A stretch of 64,000 nucleotides of DNA from Parcubacteria bacterium C7867-001 (GCA_001189095.1 LFCK01000002.1:1937-65936); one strand, 5' to 3'; numbered from the stretch's first letter, positions 38,047-47,436 are shown. Translations and numbers: made by a program. Notes: generated by a model from the letters alone, not told the origin.

Positions 38047-38775
38047 ATGTACACCCTACCTGTGATCGGCATCGCGCTCGCCGCCTGCCTTGCAACCTTC
38101 ATCGGCGGCAGCATCGCGCTCAAGCTTAAAAATAAGATCCATCTCGTCCTCGGATTCTCCGCCGGAGCGGTTGTTGCTGTTGCCCTCTTCGATCTTCTTC
38201 CTGAGGCAATTGAGCTTGGTGAAGGTTTCTTCTCAACCACGACCCTTTTGCTCTGGGCTGCTATAGGCTTCTTCGCGTATCTCGTACTCGATCGCACCAT
38301 CATCATGCACACGCATCATGACGATGGACATGATCACGAGAAGCGCGGGAAGCTTGGCGCCGGCACACTCTCCCTACACAGTTTCATCGACGGACTCGCC
38401 ATCGGTGTCGCCTTTCAAGCCTCGGTGCCTGTCGGCCTTGTCGTCGCGGCCGCAGTCCTCACACACGACTTCTCGGACGGAATCAACACCGTGAACCTCA
38501 TTCTCAAGAACGGCGGCACACGCAAAGAGGCGATGAGGTGGCTCATACTTGATTCGCTCGCACCGGTACTCGGCGTCCTCTCGACACTCTTCTTCACTCT
38601 CCCGCAGGAGTGGTTGGCGCTCGTACTTGCAACGTTCGCTGGATTCTTCCTCTATATTGGTGCTTCAGATCTCATTCCCGAGAGTCATCATGCCCACCCT
38701 AAATTTCTTACGACCATCATGACGCTCCTTGGCGCTGCTGTGCTGTATGTCGTCGTACGTATTGCGGGAGTCTAG
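38047..38775 (+). CDS. ZIP-family divalent metal transporter (ZupT-like)
   Basis: His-rich loop HHDDGHDHE, conserved HSFIDGLAIG and HDFSDG motifs. Confidence 0.85.
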   Translation: MYTLPVIGIALAACLATFIGGSIALKLKNKIHLVLGFSAGAVVAVALFDLLPEAIELGEGFFSTTTLLLWAAIGFFAYLVLDRTIIMHTHHDDGHDHEKRGKLGAGTLSLHSFIDGLAIGVAFQASVPVGLVVAAAVLTHDFSDGINTVNLILKNGGTRKEAMRWLILDSLAPVLGVLSTLFFTLPQEWLALVLATFAGFFLYIGASDLIPESHHAHPKFLTTIMTLLGAAVLYVVVRIAGV

Positions 38776-38776
38776 G

Positions 38777-39448
38777 CTACTGAGAGAGCTGGATAGTTCC
38801 AAGAAGTGAGAGAAGTGCCTTGTGCGAGGGAAGCTCCTCAAGTACGAGTTTCGGATTGGTCCAGTCAAACACATTGCGCTCGATGACTTCAAAACGAAGG
38901 ACGTCCTTCTCGCGCGCGAGATAGTACTCGGTGTGAATGATTGCTTCGAATCGTTCGACGGTTATCACGTAGAACGTGTGCGTACCAATTGTTTTCTTCT
39001 TGAATTCAGAAATTGACTGAGGCTGATTTCCTGAAGTTTCAAACATGGTGTTCGCGAGAATCGCGTCAGTCGCCTTCTTCCCTTCCGGAATCGGATACCG
39101 GCGAATAACAAGCGAGTCAGGAGGAGTCGTAGTTCCCTGCTTATCGAGTACGACACGTAACGTTTCGTCTGGACCTATAGCGTCCGGATTCGAGACAAAG
39201 CCATTCGGAATAACGAACCCGAGTCCGATGGCCGCATCTTCAGCGTTCGGCAGCGGGCAAGCCGGAAATGCGCAGTTCGGACCTTGGCGACCAAGCCCCG
39301 TACCGTCAGGGCAAATTTTCGCATCGAGTGTGCAGACCGTTTGGTTATTGTTTCCGTTCGGCGCTGGATGCTCAAGCGTGTTGCGGTAGAAGAATCCGCC
39401 GAGGCCGATGAGAATGATGAGTACGATACCGAGAAGGAGTCCTTTCAT
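38777..39448 (-). CDS. Cys-rich secreted/anchored hypothetical protein
   Basis: Start refined to MKGLLLGIVLIILIGLGG (TM anchor); 6 Cys in CTLDAKICPDGTG...CAFPACP. Confidence 0.5.
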   Translation of the reverse strand: MKGLLLGIVLIILIGLGGFFYRNTLEHPAPNGNNNQTVCTLDAKICPDGTGLGRQGPNCAFPACPLPNAEDAAIGLGFVIPNGFVSNPDAIGPDETLRVVLDKQGTTTPPDSLVIRRYPIPEGKKATDAILANTMFETSGNQPQSISEFKKKTIGTHTFYVITVERFEAIIHTEYYLAREKDVLRFEVIERNVFDWTNPKLVLEELPSHKALLSLLGTIQLSQ

Positions 39449-39449
39449 A

Positions 39450-39839
39450 TTATTTCTTGAGCGCGTCGCGGATCTGTTCGAGCACAATAAGCTCCTCACT
39501 TTTCTTCGGCGCTTCTGCCGCGACCTCTTTTTGCTTCTGCAGCTTATTGAGACCCTTGAGCGCTAGAAAGAGTACGAATGCGATGATGACGAAATCGAGC
39601 ATTGCCTGCAGGAATACGCCGTACTTGATGAGTACTGGAGCGCCAATTCCCGTTTGAAGCGCAAATGCGAGGTCCGAGAAGTTCACTCCCCCGATGAGGA
39701 AGCCTACCGGCGGCATGATAATGTCTTCCACGAGCGAAGATACGATTTTGCCAAACGCTGCGCCGATGATAACCGCGAACGCGAGATCAATGACGTTGCC
39801 GCGCATCGCGAACGCCTTAAATTCTTGGATGAGTTTCAT
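39450..39839 (-). CDS. mscL: Large-conductance mechanosensitive channel
   Basis: Start refined to [33 protein letters not shown]... canonical MscL. Confidence 0.9.
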   Translation of the reverse strand: MKLIQEFKAFAMRGNVIDLAFAVIIGAAFGKIVSSLVEDIIMPPVGFLIGGVNFSDLAFALQTGIGAPVLIKYGVFLQAMLDFVIIAFVLFLALKGLNKLQKQKEVAAEAPKKSEELIVLEQIRDALKK

Positions 39840-39857
39840 ATACGGGGAGTATAACAA

Positions 39858-39885
39858 AACGGGAGGATCAAAGATCCTCCCGTTT
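39858..39885 (-). terminator. rho-independent terminator (aacgggaggatcaaagatcctcccgtt plus T-run)
   Basis: 3' of gene 39889..40452. Confidence 0.6.
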
Positions 39886-39888
39886 GAC

Positions 39889-40452
39889 TTAGGCCACGAG
39901 TGACCGCGCGAGCGGCATGGTCGTGTGGACGACCCATTCGTTCGCTTTGCGTTCATAGAGCGTGACGGCCGGAACCTGTATTTCCATCGGAAATGCCGGA
40001 ACCTTGGACGCCTGAAACGCGTCCCAGACCTGCTCGTAGTACTTCGTCTTGAACTGCCGCGCAAGACTCACGTGCGGCGTGAAGTGCCGGTGATTGTCGC
40101 GACCGAGGTAGTAGAGAGCCGCGTTATGTAGCGCTCTAAGCTCCTCAAGGCAATGGTCGCCGATTTTTGCATAGACAACTTCATCGTCGAAATGATCGAG
40201 ACCGACGAGTGAAAACGTGAGCGGTTGAACGTTGCCAATGAGCGCAAGGCCGCGTTCGACCTGATCGATTCCTTTGGTCGTCTCGATTTCGAAGGGAGAG
40301 ACGAGTGTGAGATGAAGCGGGGCGAGACCCTGACTTATCTTCACGTCGACGCCCTGCTTGGTGAGTTTTTCCTGCGCTTCGGTTTGCAGCATCCAGAGAC
40401 GATCGGCAGCGCCTTTCGGTAAATGGATGCCCAAGAAATAGCGAGTTCCCAT
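39889..40452 (-). CDS. 2H-phosphoesterase family protein (LigT/ThpR, 2'-5' RNA ligase-like)
   Basis: Two H-x-T/S-x motifs (PLHLTLV, TPHVSLA); start refined to [11 protein letters not shown] with GGAGG RBS. Confidence 0.8.
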   Translation of the reverse strand: MGTRYFLGIHLPKGAADRLWMLQTEAQEKLTKQGVDVKISQGLAPLHLTLVSPFEIETTKGIDQVERGLALIGNVQPLTFSLVGLDHFDDEVVYAKIGDHCLEELRALHNAALYYLGRDNHRHFTPHVSLARQFKTKYYEQVWDAFQASKVPAFPMEIQVPAVTLYERKANEWVVHTTMPLARSLVA

Positions 40453-40557
40453 TCCACAATCCTCCATCGAGCGTGATGCCCGATCTTGCTCGAGCATACG
40501 AGCTTTTTTGAATTATTCAAATACCGCTGGGCAATACTCATGCGCTGTGCTTAGATT

Positions 40558-41010
40558 TTGGCAGAACGGAGAAAACACATGATCTTCGATACCGAACCCG
40601 CGGACTTCAGCGCTCGCATGCAGGTGGTCGGCTGCTATGTCGAACACGCAGGCAGGATACTCTTGCTGCGTCGTCATGAGAAAAAACCGGAAGGCGGCAC
40701 CTGGTGCGTTCCGGGTGGAAAAATCGATGCCGGAGAGGCTGTCCTCGAGGCGGCGATTCGCGAAACCGAAGAAGAAACCGGCTATCGCATTCCGCCTGAA
40801 CTCATCACCGAACACGAGATGGTATTCGTTCGGTATCCAACGGTCGACTTTACCTACAAGCTCTTCCACGCAAAGCTCGACGAGCGTCCGCACATTATCC
40901 TGCGGCCGAATGAACACACTGACTTCAGGTGGGTACTGCCACACGATGCACTCACCTTCGCCCTCATCGAGGATGAGGGCGCGTGCATCCGACGGATCTT
41001 CAAGATATGA
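40558..41010 (+). CDS. NUDIX hydrolase
   Basis: Nudix box GGKIDAGEAVLEAAIRETEEETG. Confidence 0.88.
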   Translation: MAERRKHMIFDTEPADFSARMQVVGCYVEHAGRILLLRRHEKKPEGGTWCVPGGKIDAGEAVLEAAIRETEEETGYRIPPELITEHEMVFVRYPTVDFTYKLFHAKLDERPHIILRPNEHTDFRWVLPHDALTFALIEDEGACIRRIFKI

Positions 41011-41040
41011 AAAGCGCCGCCCTCTGGGCGGCGCTTTTTT
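41011..41040. terminator. Bidirectional terminator (aaagcgccgccctctgggcggcgctttttt)
   Basis: Between nudix gene and tRNA-His. Confidence 0.6.
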
Positions 41041-41052
41041 CTTTCTCTGTTG

Positions 41053-41126
41053 GGCGACTTATGGGACTCGAACCCATGACCGCCTGGACCACAACCAGGA
41101 GCTCTACCAGCTGAGCTAAAGCCGCC
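41053..41126 (-). tRNA. tRNA-His (anticodon GTG) with genome-encoded G-1; CCA not encoded
   Basis: Hand-folded: G-1:C73 pair, acceptor GCGGCTT/AAGTCGC, D-arm GCTC-AGCTGGTA-GAGC, anticodon arm CCTGG-TTGTGGT-CCAGG, T-arm ATGGG-TTCGAGT-CCCAT. Confidence 0.8.
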
Positions 41127-41159
41127 ATGCTTCGTCCTTATAACACGCAAACGACAACG

Positions 41160-41182
41160 AAAAAAGCGCCGAAGCGCTTTTT
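41160..41182. terminator. Hairpin terminator between tRNA-Leu and tRNA-His (aaaaagcgccgaagcgcttttt)
   Basis: Perfect stem flanked by A5/T5. Confidence 0.55.
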
Positions 41183-41188
41183 CCTTAG

Positions 41189-41270
41189 TGCCCAGGAGAG
41201 GACTCGAACCTCCACGCCTTGCGGCACATCCACCTCAAGGATGCATGTATACCAATTTCATCACCTGGGC
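41189..41270 (-). tRNA. tRNA-Leu (anticodon GAG), type II with long variable arm
   Basis: Acceptor GCCCAGG/CCTGGGC, discriminator A, anticodon arm CATCC-TTGAGGT-GGATG, variable arm TGCCGCAAGGCGT, T-arm GGAGG-TTCGAGT-CCTCT. Confidence 0.8.
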
Positions 41271-41947
41271 CTGTATCGTCTCGTACTGAGCGACTCGCCC
41301 ACTATACGCAAAGCGCGTTGTATTTTCAACCGCTTCCGCGCAAGACAAACCACACCTCTTCCAGAATACATCTTCCGTAAAATGAGCAGCGATTCTCTCT
41401 TTCCGTATTTCAATTGAATAACGGTGGTGAGTTTTGATTTTCCGATATGGCCACGAACGCCAAGTAAGCGTAAAAGAGTCTCCCGGACCCAGCTTATGTG
41501 AGCTTCGCTCGCGGAAACAAAAGCGAGATAGAAAAGATAGCTAGTTTTCCAGCGCGGATCAAAATAACTATAAAAAGAGCCGTCGCCATCATGGTGACCA
41601 CGAAGGAAGTCGAAGAAATAAAGATCTGGAATGGCAAGTTTACCGAGTGTCTTTGTCTTACCCGAGGAAAGCCCGATTGAAACGAGAAAACGGTACAGCG
41701 TAACGTCGCTAAATTGAATCCGTGTAATCTGCCTACCAGTATACCCAGAGACTTTTTTAGTTATAGAAACCTTCTTACCAATGCACTTCATGAAATTCCT
41801 CAGCTGCTGAATGTCCTTCGACGTAATTTCTATGTGACGTCCGTCGATAGAAAGGCAGCCGTCAGTGGCGAGCAAACCAACAGCGTACGCAATATTCGGC
41901 GACCATTGCACTTCCCTTCTTATTGGTCTGCGTCCTCGTTCTTTCAC
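41261..41947 (-). mobile_element. LAGLIDADG-family homing endonuclease gene (two-motif, single-chain), GTG start
   Basis: Motif 1 AYAVGLLATDGCLSIDG, motif 2 FLRGHHDGDGSF ~100 aa apart; AT-rich relative to flanks; 3' end overlaps tRNA-Leu 5' end by ~10 nt; -10 TATAAT just upstream. Confidence 0.75.
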
Positions 41948-42017
41948 CCATCAATTATAAGCGCATACCATTTAAAATAAAAAGAAACTCGGCACGTGGC
42001 CGGAGTTCTTCGGGAGG

Positions 42018-42548
42018 TTACGCTGCAGGAGCTTCTGCTTTCTCTTCAGCGACCGGAGCGGCTTCTTCTACAGCCACTTCGACTGCCTGAGCCTCTTCTG
42101 CGCTCATGTCTGCCTCTGGAGCAGCCTCGATAGGTGGTGCGGTTTCCGCAATCGGCTCAGCGACTTCCTTCTCTGCAAAGTCATCGGTAGAGACGTTCAT
42201 CATGCGCATGTTGCGGAGCTGGCGCTTCACTTCACGAGCGACCTTTTCACGGATGAAGTAGAGCTTTGCACGACGGACCTTCGAGCGACGGACGATTTCT
42301 ATTTTCTCGATGAAAGGAGCGAAGAGCGGGAAGATGCGTTCAACACCGATGCCCGACATAGTTGCACGAACGGTGAAGGTCGCACCTGCTTCTGTACCGT
42401 GCTTTACGGCAAGAACGAGGCCTTCGAAGACCTGCGTGCGGGTCTTCCCTTTTTCGACGATCTTCTGGTGGACGCGGACGGTATCGCCCGGGCGAATCCC
42501 GAGTTTCGTGCGCTCCTCTGTTTTGACTGGAGTGATGACGGTTTGCAT
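42018..42548 (-). CDS. rplS: 50S ribosomal protein L19 with ~60-aa Ala/Glu-rich C-terminal extension
   Basis: Start refined to MQTVITPV...; core [31 protein letters not shown]...[10 protein letters not shown]. Confidence 0.9.
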   Translation of the reverse strand: MQTVITPVKTEERTKLGIRPGDTVRVHQKIVEKGKTRTQVFEGLVLAVKHGTEAGATFTVRATMSGIGVERIFPLFAPFIEKIEIVRRSKVRRAKLYFIREKVAREVKRQLRNMRMMNVSTDDFAEKEVAEPIAETAPPIEAAPEADMSAEEAQAVEVAVEEAAPVAEEKAEAPAA

Positions 42549-42658
42549 AACTTTTATGCGCGGAACTGTACCACGCATCCCCCGTAAAAGCAAAATGGCC
42601 GTGTTTTGACCCGTCGCTCAGCAAGCTATAGTATCGAGACAGAAAAGGAGGCCTACCT

Positions 42659-43312
42659 ATGCAACTGGTCTACGGAACAATGAACAAAGGCAAGCTCGCC
42701 GAGGTGAGCCGTCGCTTCGGCGATCATGGATTCACCATTGTAGGCCTTGCCGATATGGGCATTCCCGATATCGACATCCCAGAAACCGGTACGACCCTCG
42801 GCGAGAATGCGGCACTCAAAGTGCGCGGCTATCTCGAAGAGATTCGTAAGACGAATCCGAACGATACCGTCGTACTCTTCTCAGATGATACGGGGCTTGA
42901 AATCGACGGACTCGGTGGCGAGCCGGGAATTCACGTGCGCCGCTGGCGCGACCGCTCGACGCGCATGAGCGACGAGGAAGTCATTGAGTACGCGCTCACG
43001 CGTATGCAGGGACTCACTGGAGACCAGCGCGCCGCGCGCTTTAGGTGCATTCTTACCGCAGGCATTCTGTACCCAAACGGTACAACCTCGAAACTCATAT
43101 CATTCTGCGGAACGCTGAAGGGTCGAATTCTCGAAGAGCCGGAAGCCGAGCGAATGGAAGGATTCCCCTTCGCCTCGCTCATGTTCATCGACGAATGGGG
43201 CATGCTGCTCGGCACCGCCGAACGGCTACCGCAAGGCGAAAAGGAAAAATATCTGAGTCACCGCGAGAAAGCGATCGACTTCGCCATCCCCTTCCTTACC
43301 GGTATCAAATGA
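42659..43312 (+). CDS. rdgB: Non-canonical purine NTP pyrophosphatase (RdgB/Ham1 family)
   Basis: TTLGENAALKV...SDDTGLEIDGLGGEPGIH. Confidence 0.85.
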   Translation: MQLVYGTMNKGKLAEVSRRFGDHGFTIVGLADMGIPDIDIPETGTTLGENAALKVRGYLEEIRKTNPNDTVVLFSDDTGLEIDGLGGEPGIHVRRWRDRSTRMSDEEVIEYALTRMQGLTGDQRAARFRCILTAGILYPNGTTSKLISFCGTLKGRILEEPEAERMEGFPFASLMFIDEWGMLLGTAERLPQGEKEKYLSHREKAIDFAIPFLTGIK

Positions 43313-43351
43313 ACAACGGGCGCCGCTAAAGCGGCGCCCGTTTCTTTGTGT

Positions 43352-44074
43352 TTAAAAACTGAAACGCTTCGCGCTCTCCGCAAGGTCCGGCGGGAGCGGT
43401 GATTCAAGAATCTTTCGCTCTCCACTTGGAAGCGGAATATCGAGTTTATGGGCATGCAGGCCAAGCCGGTTGAACCCGAGATCCGCCGCGTGATTTGGTG
43501 CGTAGAGGGGATCCCCAACAACGGGATGATGAATAGCTTTCAGGTGCACGCGAATTTGGTGCGTACGTCCTGTGAGCGGCATCATGTGCAAGAGTGCGTG
43601 TTTTCCTTCGGCGTCTTCACCGAGCACTTCGTACTTCGTAAGTGCTTCACGCATGGTGCCCTTCGCTTTCGGCTGCGCGGAACGTAAGCGGAAATCCTTC
43701 CGTGAACGACCGATGGCGAAATCAATAGTTCCCTTCCGCTCTTTTGGTGTGCCGTACACAAACGCGAGATACGACTTGTGAACCTCGCGATTCTGAAATG
43801 CTTCTTTAAGAAAAGCGTGTGCTTCCTGCGTTTTCGCGAAGACGAGGATGCCTGATGTCTCTCGGTCGAGACGATGAACAACGCCGGGGCGCGTTATTTC
43901 CGTGCCATCCACCAGTCGCTGCATCTCGCCTACCGTTGCACTTTCTGGATATCGCCTCGCGAACCAGTCGCTCGCCGTTTCCTCGGTCGTCTTTCCGTCT
44001 GGGTGCGTCATGACGCCCGCAGGCTTATCGACCGCAACGATATCGGTGTCTTCGTAGATAATAGGTAGCTCCAT
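43352..44074 (-). CDS. RluA-family pseudouridine synthase
   Basis: Catalytic HRLDRETSGILVFAKT motif. Confidence 0.88.
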   Translation of the reverse strand: MELPIIYEDTDIVAVDKPAGVMTHPDGKTTEETASDWFARRYPESATVGEMQRLVDGTEITRPGVVHRLDRETSGILVFAKTQEAHAFLKEAFQNREVHKSYLAFVYGTPKERKGTIDFAIGRSRKDFRLRSAQPKAKGTMREALTKYEVLGEDAEGKHALLHMMPLTGRTHQIRVHLKAIHHPVVGDPLYAPNHAADLGFNRLGLHAHKLDIPLPSGERKILESPLPPDLAESAKRFSF

Positions 44075-44174
44075 GTCACTACCCTACTATCAAGTGAGCG
44101 AGAAACATAGATGCGTCTTCGCATCTATGTTTGAGCGAACGCTGAGAGCAAGCGGTGCGAAGCAGCCGCTTAAC

Positions 44175-44861
44175 TTATTTTCCGTGCCGGCGCTCGCGCT
44201 CAGCGTATTCAGCGAGAATGGCGTTGAATTCTTCTTTCGAAAAATCAGGGAGCTGCGTATCGATAAAAAAGAGTTCGCTATAGACGGACTGCCACGTAAG
44301 GAAGTTGGAGAGGCGTTTCTCGCCGCCAGTACGGATAATGATGTCAGGATCACTAAGCCCCGCACTCCACATCGCGCCACGCAATTCTTCTTCAGTTACC
44401 TGCTCACGATCTTTGGCAAGAAGCGTATTCACCGCATCGAGAATTTCGGCGCGGCCACCATAGGAAAGCGCGAAGGTGAGAATTCCGCTCGTACCGTCTT
44501 TCGTTTCTTCTTCAGCCAACGTCATGACCTCCTGAACCTTTGGGGAAAATCGTCCGCGCTCACCGATGAACCGAATGCGAACCTTCTGCTTTTTCGCTTC
44601 GTCTTTCCATGTGCCAAAAAACTCCACGAAGAGATCCATGAGGTACGCAACCTCTTCCGGAGCTCGATTCCAGTTTTCTGTTGAGAACGCGTAGAGAATA
44701 AGCTCTCCGATACCCGCTTCATTCGACCATGAGATGAGCTCTTTCAGCTTTTCAGCGCCGCGACGGTGCCCTTCGAGCGTCGGCAGATTCCGTGCTTTTG
44801 CCCATCGGCGGTTACCGTCGAGGATAATGCCTACTGAGCGCGGTACCGAAGAATTATTCAT
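44175..44861 (-). CDS. uppS: Undecaprenyl diphosphate synthase (cis-prenyltransferase)
   Basis: GIILDGNRRWAK...ILYAFSTENWNR. Confidence 0.9.
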   Translation of the reverse strand: MNNSSVPRSVGIILDGNRRWAKARNLPTLEGHRRGAEKLKELISWSNEAGIGELILYAFSTENWNRAPEEVAYLMDLFVEFFGTWKDEAKKQKVRIRFIGERGRFSPKVQEVMTLAEEETKDGTSGILTFALSYGGRAEILDAVNTLLAKDREQVTEEELRGAMWSAGLSDPDIIIRTGGEKRLSNFLTWQSVYSELFFIDTQLPDFSKEEFNAILAEYAERERRHGK

Positions 44862-45132
44862 ACGCGATGACGAATTTCATAAACTCGCCGGTTGCGGGAT
44901 GCCAACTTGGCGACACGGTGTCGACTTTTGAGAGAAGCGAACCTTTGTGGAGACGCGCGAGAAGACGTTCGAGTGATTCACGCGAACCTTCTGCGACAAC
45001 GCGGACCGTCCCATCCGGAATATTCTTCACGAAGCCCGTCAATTTGAGTCCGCTCGCCTTACGCTGCACGAAATCGCGATACATGACGAGCTGCACGCGA
45101 CCTGAAACAGTCGCCTCCAATCGTTCGTTCAT
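44854..45132 (-). CDS. acyP: Acylphosphatase
   Basis: VSGRVQLVMYRDFVQRKASGLKLTGFVKNIPDGTVRVVAEG. Confidence 0.85.
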   Translation of the reverse strand: MNERLEATVSGRVQLVMYRDFVQRKASGLKLTGFVKNIPDGTVRVVAEGSRESLERLLARLHKGSLLSKVDTVSPSWHPATGEFMKFVIAYE

Positions 45133-45206
45133 AGGGATAAGAACCGATACTAGCGTGGAAACGTTACTTTAAAAAGTGCGCCGAGTGCGCTATGGTCATT
45201 CGGTAA

Positions 45207-45279
45207 GGGCGCTTAGCTCAGTTGGTAGAGCACCCCGTTTACACCGGGATGGTCAGAGGTTCGAGTCCTCTAGCGCCCA
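45207..45279 (+). tRNA. tRNA-Val (anticodon TAC)
   Basis: Acceptor GGGCGCT/AGCGCCC, D-arm GCTC-AGTTGGTA-GAGC, anticodon loop TTTACAC, T-arm AGAGG-TTCGAGT-CCTCT; C27-A43 mismatch. Confidence 0.78.
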
Positions 45280-45281
45280 CC

Positions 45282-46718
45282 TTACGCAGCTTTCTTTTTA
45301 GGTCCCTCGGCCTTTTCTTCCGACTGCCCCCTTGCCCACATCGGAACAGTTTTTTCTTCCGAACGTTTCGCGTTCGCTGCTATTTTCTCAATAAATGGCT
45401 TGAAGTCGCCTCGAATTTTCGTGATCAACGAGAGTTGTACGTAGTTGAATGCGCCTTCGAGTTCTTTTTTCGTAACTGATTTCTTCTCTCCTATCCTACG
45501 CAAGATAGCCGCGCGAATTTCAACGAACTCGGCGCGATTACTAGGATCTTCGATACAGTCCTTAAGGAAGACGTGTACTTCTTCGCGCGGAGCCTTGTCG
45601 GTTGTTCGACCATCAAAAAACCCTTTGATTTTACTCTTCCCTTCGAGGAGAGCGCGCTCCTTCCGCGCAACAACCTCTTCCACGGTCTTCGATAGGGTTT
45701 CGGGAATCTTGCCGAGCGCACGCGCTTGTTCGTAGACGTAGCTCGCTTTGCGGTGTTCTTGTTTCGTTGCAGTTAAATCAACCGCATACCTATTAAGAAG
45801 ACCAATCTCGAGCGCAATGCGTTCGAAAAACTTCTTAATTCCGGCGAGTTCATTGAGGGTTGGATCGAGAATCAAGGCGCCCTCCATTTTTTGCTCTCGT
45901 AGTCGTTGCGCTGATTTTGTTCGAGCATTGTGTGGCGTGCGTGATGCTGGGGATTCGCGTACGTCGCGATCAAGTATCTTTCGTTCTGATTCAAAATATT
46001 CTTGAAGTTCGTTAAATGTTCTGAGGAGAACGGCGGCCTGACCATCGAAATACTCGCTCTCGACGTCTACCTCTCCCTTTCGGGGCGCATGAGCACGGAT
46101 ATGCTCGGGGTCTAGTGCCTCGAGTGCCTCATTGAACCTTTCGATTTCGTGACTAAATATCGCTGCTTTTTCGGGGAAAAGACGTTCCAGCTGATTTTCG
46201 ACCACATCGAAATCGTAGAGTCGTAGGCGCTCCACAAGATCCGAAACTCCTTCGGAGGTTTCTTCATAATCCTCGCGTAGTTGTTGTATGTCAGCGTTAA
46301 ATTCTGAGTCGAACTTTTCGCTCGTTGCGTATAGGTCCGTCTTCTTGGCGCCGACTGCTTGCGCTGCCTCCTTGCGTTTCTTGTTCCGATTCGCTGCCGC
46401 CGTAAGCACCTCCTTCGAGTTTATGGACTTGCGCGCCATTCCTTTCGTGATGATCTTCTCGACTCCAGCATGTAAGCCGGCCCACACGGAACGATCGCCG
46501 CGAAGCACGGCACTTGCGTATCGCGTGAGAGCAACGTTGAGTTCTCTGGCGAGTTGCTCAGGCGTCTTTGGTCCCTTTTCTGCCTTCGCCTTTTTTTTAG
46601 GCTGTTTGTCAGGAGAATGATTCGGCCCAGCGCCTATGCGCGCAACAATTTTTCCAGATTCAATACCCATACAGAGCATTGTAGCAGCCGACTCGACGAG
46701 CGCGTTTATTGTCCTCAC
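45282..46718 (-). CDS. Hypothetical highly charged (K/E/R-rich) protein, 478 aa
   Basis: Long ORF, coiled-coil-like composition, no recognisable catalytic motif; stop abuts tRNA-Val 3' end on opposite strand. Confidence 0.5.
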   Translation of the reverse strand: MRTINALVESAATMLCMGIESGKIVARIGAGPNHSPDKQPKKKAKAEKGPKTPEQLARELNVALTRYASAVLRGDRSVWAGLHAGVEKIITKGMARKSINSKEVLTAAANRNKKRKEAAQAVGAKKTDLYATSEKFDSEFNADIQQLREDYEETSEGVSDLVERLRLYDFDVVENQLERLFPEKAAIFSHEIERFNEALEALDPEHIRAHAPRKGEVDVESEYFDGQAAVLLRTFNELQEYFESERKILDRDVRESPASRTPHNARTKSAQRLREQKMEGALILDPTLNELAGIKKFFERIALEIGLLNRYAVDLTATKQEHRKASYVYEQARALGKIPETLSKTVEEVVARKERALLEGKSKIKGFFDGRTTDKAPREEVHVFLKDCIEDPSNRAEFVEIRAAILRRIGEKKSVTKKELEGAFNYVQLSLITKIRGDFKPFIEKIAANAKRSEEKTVPMWARGQSEEKAEGPKKKAA

Positions 46719-46758
46719 GTCTTGGTGATGCTAAGGTTCTCGCAGAAAGGAGGGTCTC

Positions 46759-47073
46759 ATGACACCAGAAAAGATCCTTGCCGTCGCACGCATGTATCGG
46801 GAGCGTCTTGAACGCGAACATATTCCGAAGCACGCGATGGATCCGAACAGACGGTTCAGTCCGAATATGACCGGCTTCCATCACCAAATGCTCGGACACG
46901 CGCACTACATGCTCGACGCGGTCGAACAATACGCGCCTGATCCGTCTCGCGAGCAGAAGACAATGCAGCGACTCGCTGCCTGCCAGACACTGCTCTGGCT
47001 CGCCGGCTGGTACACCAAGAATGAGATCAAGAGCCATCTGCAAGAAGCAGACGAGCTCGCCGCCATCGACTAA
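46759..47073 (+). CDS. Small hypothetical protein (104 aa)
   Basis: AAAGGAGGG RBS; strong terminator immediately downstream. Confidence 0.55.
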   Translation: MTPEKILAVARMYRERLEREHIPKHAMDPNRRFSPNMTGFHHQMLGHAHYMLDAVEQYAPDPSREQKTMQRLAACQTLLWLAGWYTKNEIKSHLQEADELAAID

Positions 47074-47075
47074 CG

Positions 47076-47113
47076 AAAAGCGCCGCAGCAAAGCTGCGGC
47101 GCTTCCCTCTTTT
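47076..47113 (+). terminator. rho-independent terminator (aaaagcgccgcagcaaagctgcggcgcttccctctttt)
   Basis: Abuts tRNA-Leu(CAG) on opposite strand. Confidence 0.6.
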
Positions 47114-47114
47114 G

Positions 47115-47196
47115 TGGGCATGGGGAGACTCGAACTCCCAAGGATTGCTCCATACGCTTCTGAGACGTACGCGTATACCAATTCCGCCACATGCCC
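47115..47196 (-). tRNA. tRNA-Leu (anticodon CAG), type II
   Basis: Acceptor GGGCATG/CATGCCC, discriminator A, anticodon arm TACGT-CTCAGAA-GCGTA, variable arm TGGAGCAATCC, T-arm GGGAG-TTCGAGT-CTCCC. Confidence 0.75.
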
Positions 47197-47347
47197 ACCG
47201 CTCGCTTTCGCTTGTGTCACGGATATTTCCTCGCCGACGCTCGGAAATTCCGCGACCCCACCTCGCGGTTTTGCCTGCTGGCAAAACATCGCTCCGGCCG
47301 CACATGGGCAAGAGCCCTTTGCGCAGGCAAAGTGCTCATGTCCCATG

Positions 47348-47419
47348 TGCCCCCGCTAGGAATCGAACCTAGAATAGCGGCTTAGAAGTCCGCAGTTATA
47401 TCCATTTAACTACAGGGGC
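47348..47419 (-). tRNA. tRNA-Arg (anticodon TCT)
   Basis: Acceptor GCCCCTG/CGGGGGC, D-arm GTTA-AATGGATA-TAAC, anticodon loop CTTCTAA (identical to E. coli argU loop), T-arm CTAGG-TTCGATT-CCTAG; A31-G39 mismatch. Confidence 0.7.
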
Positions 47420-47436
47420 TCCTAAAGCCTAGCGCA

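Noticed and set aside
41189-41947. Group I intron interrupting tRNA-Leu as host of the LAGLIDADG gene
   Set aside because: tRNA-Leu(GAG) folds as an intact cloverleaf with no insertion in the anticodon loop; I could not identify P/Q/R/S-like intron core elements by eye, though this needs Infernal to exclude
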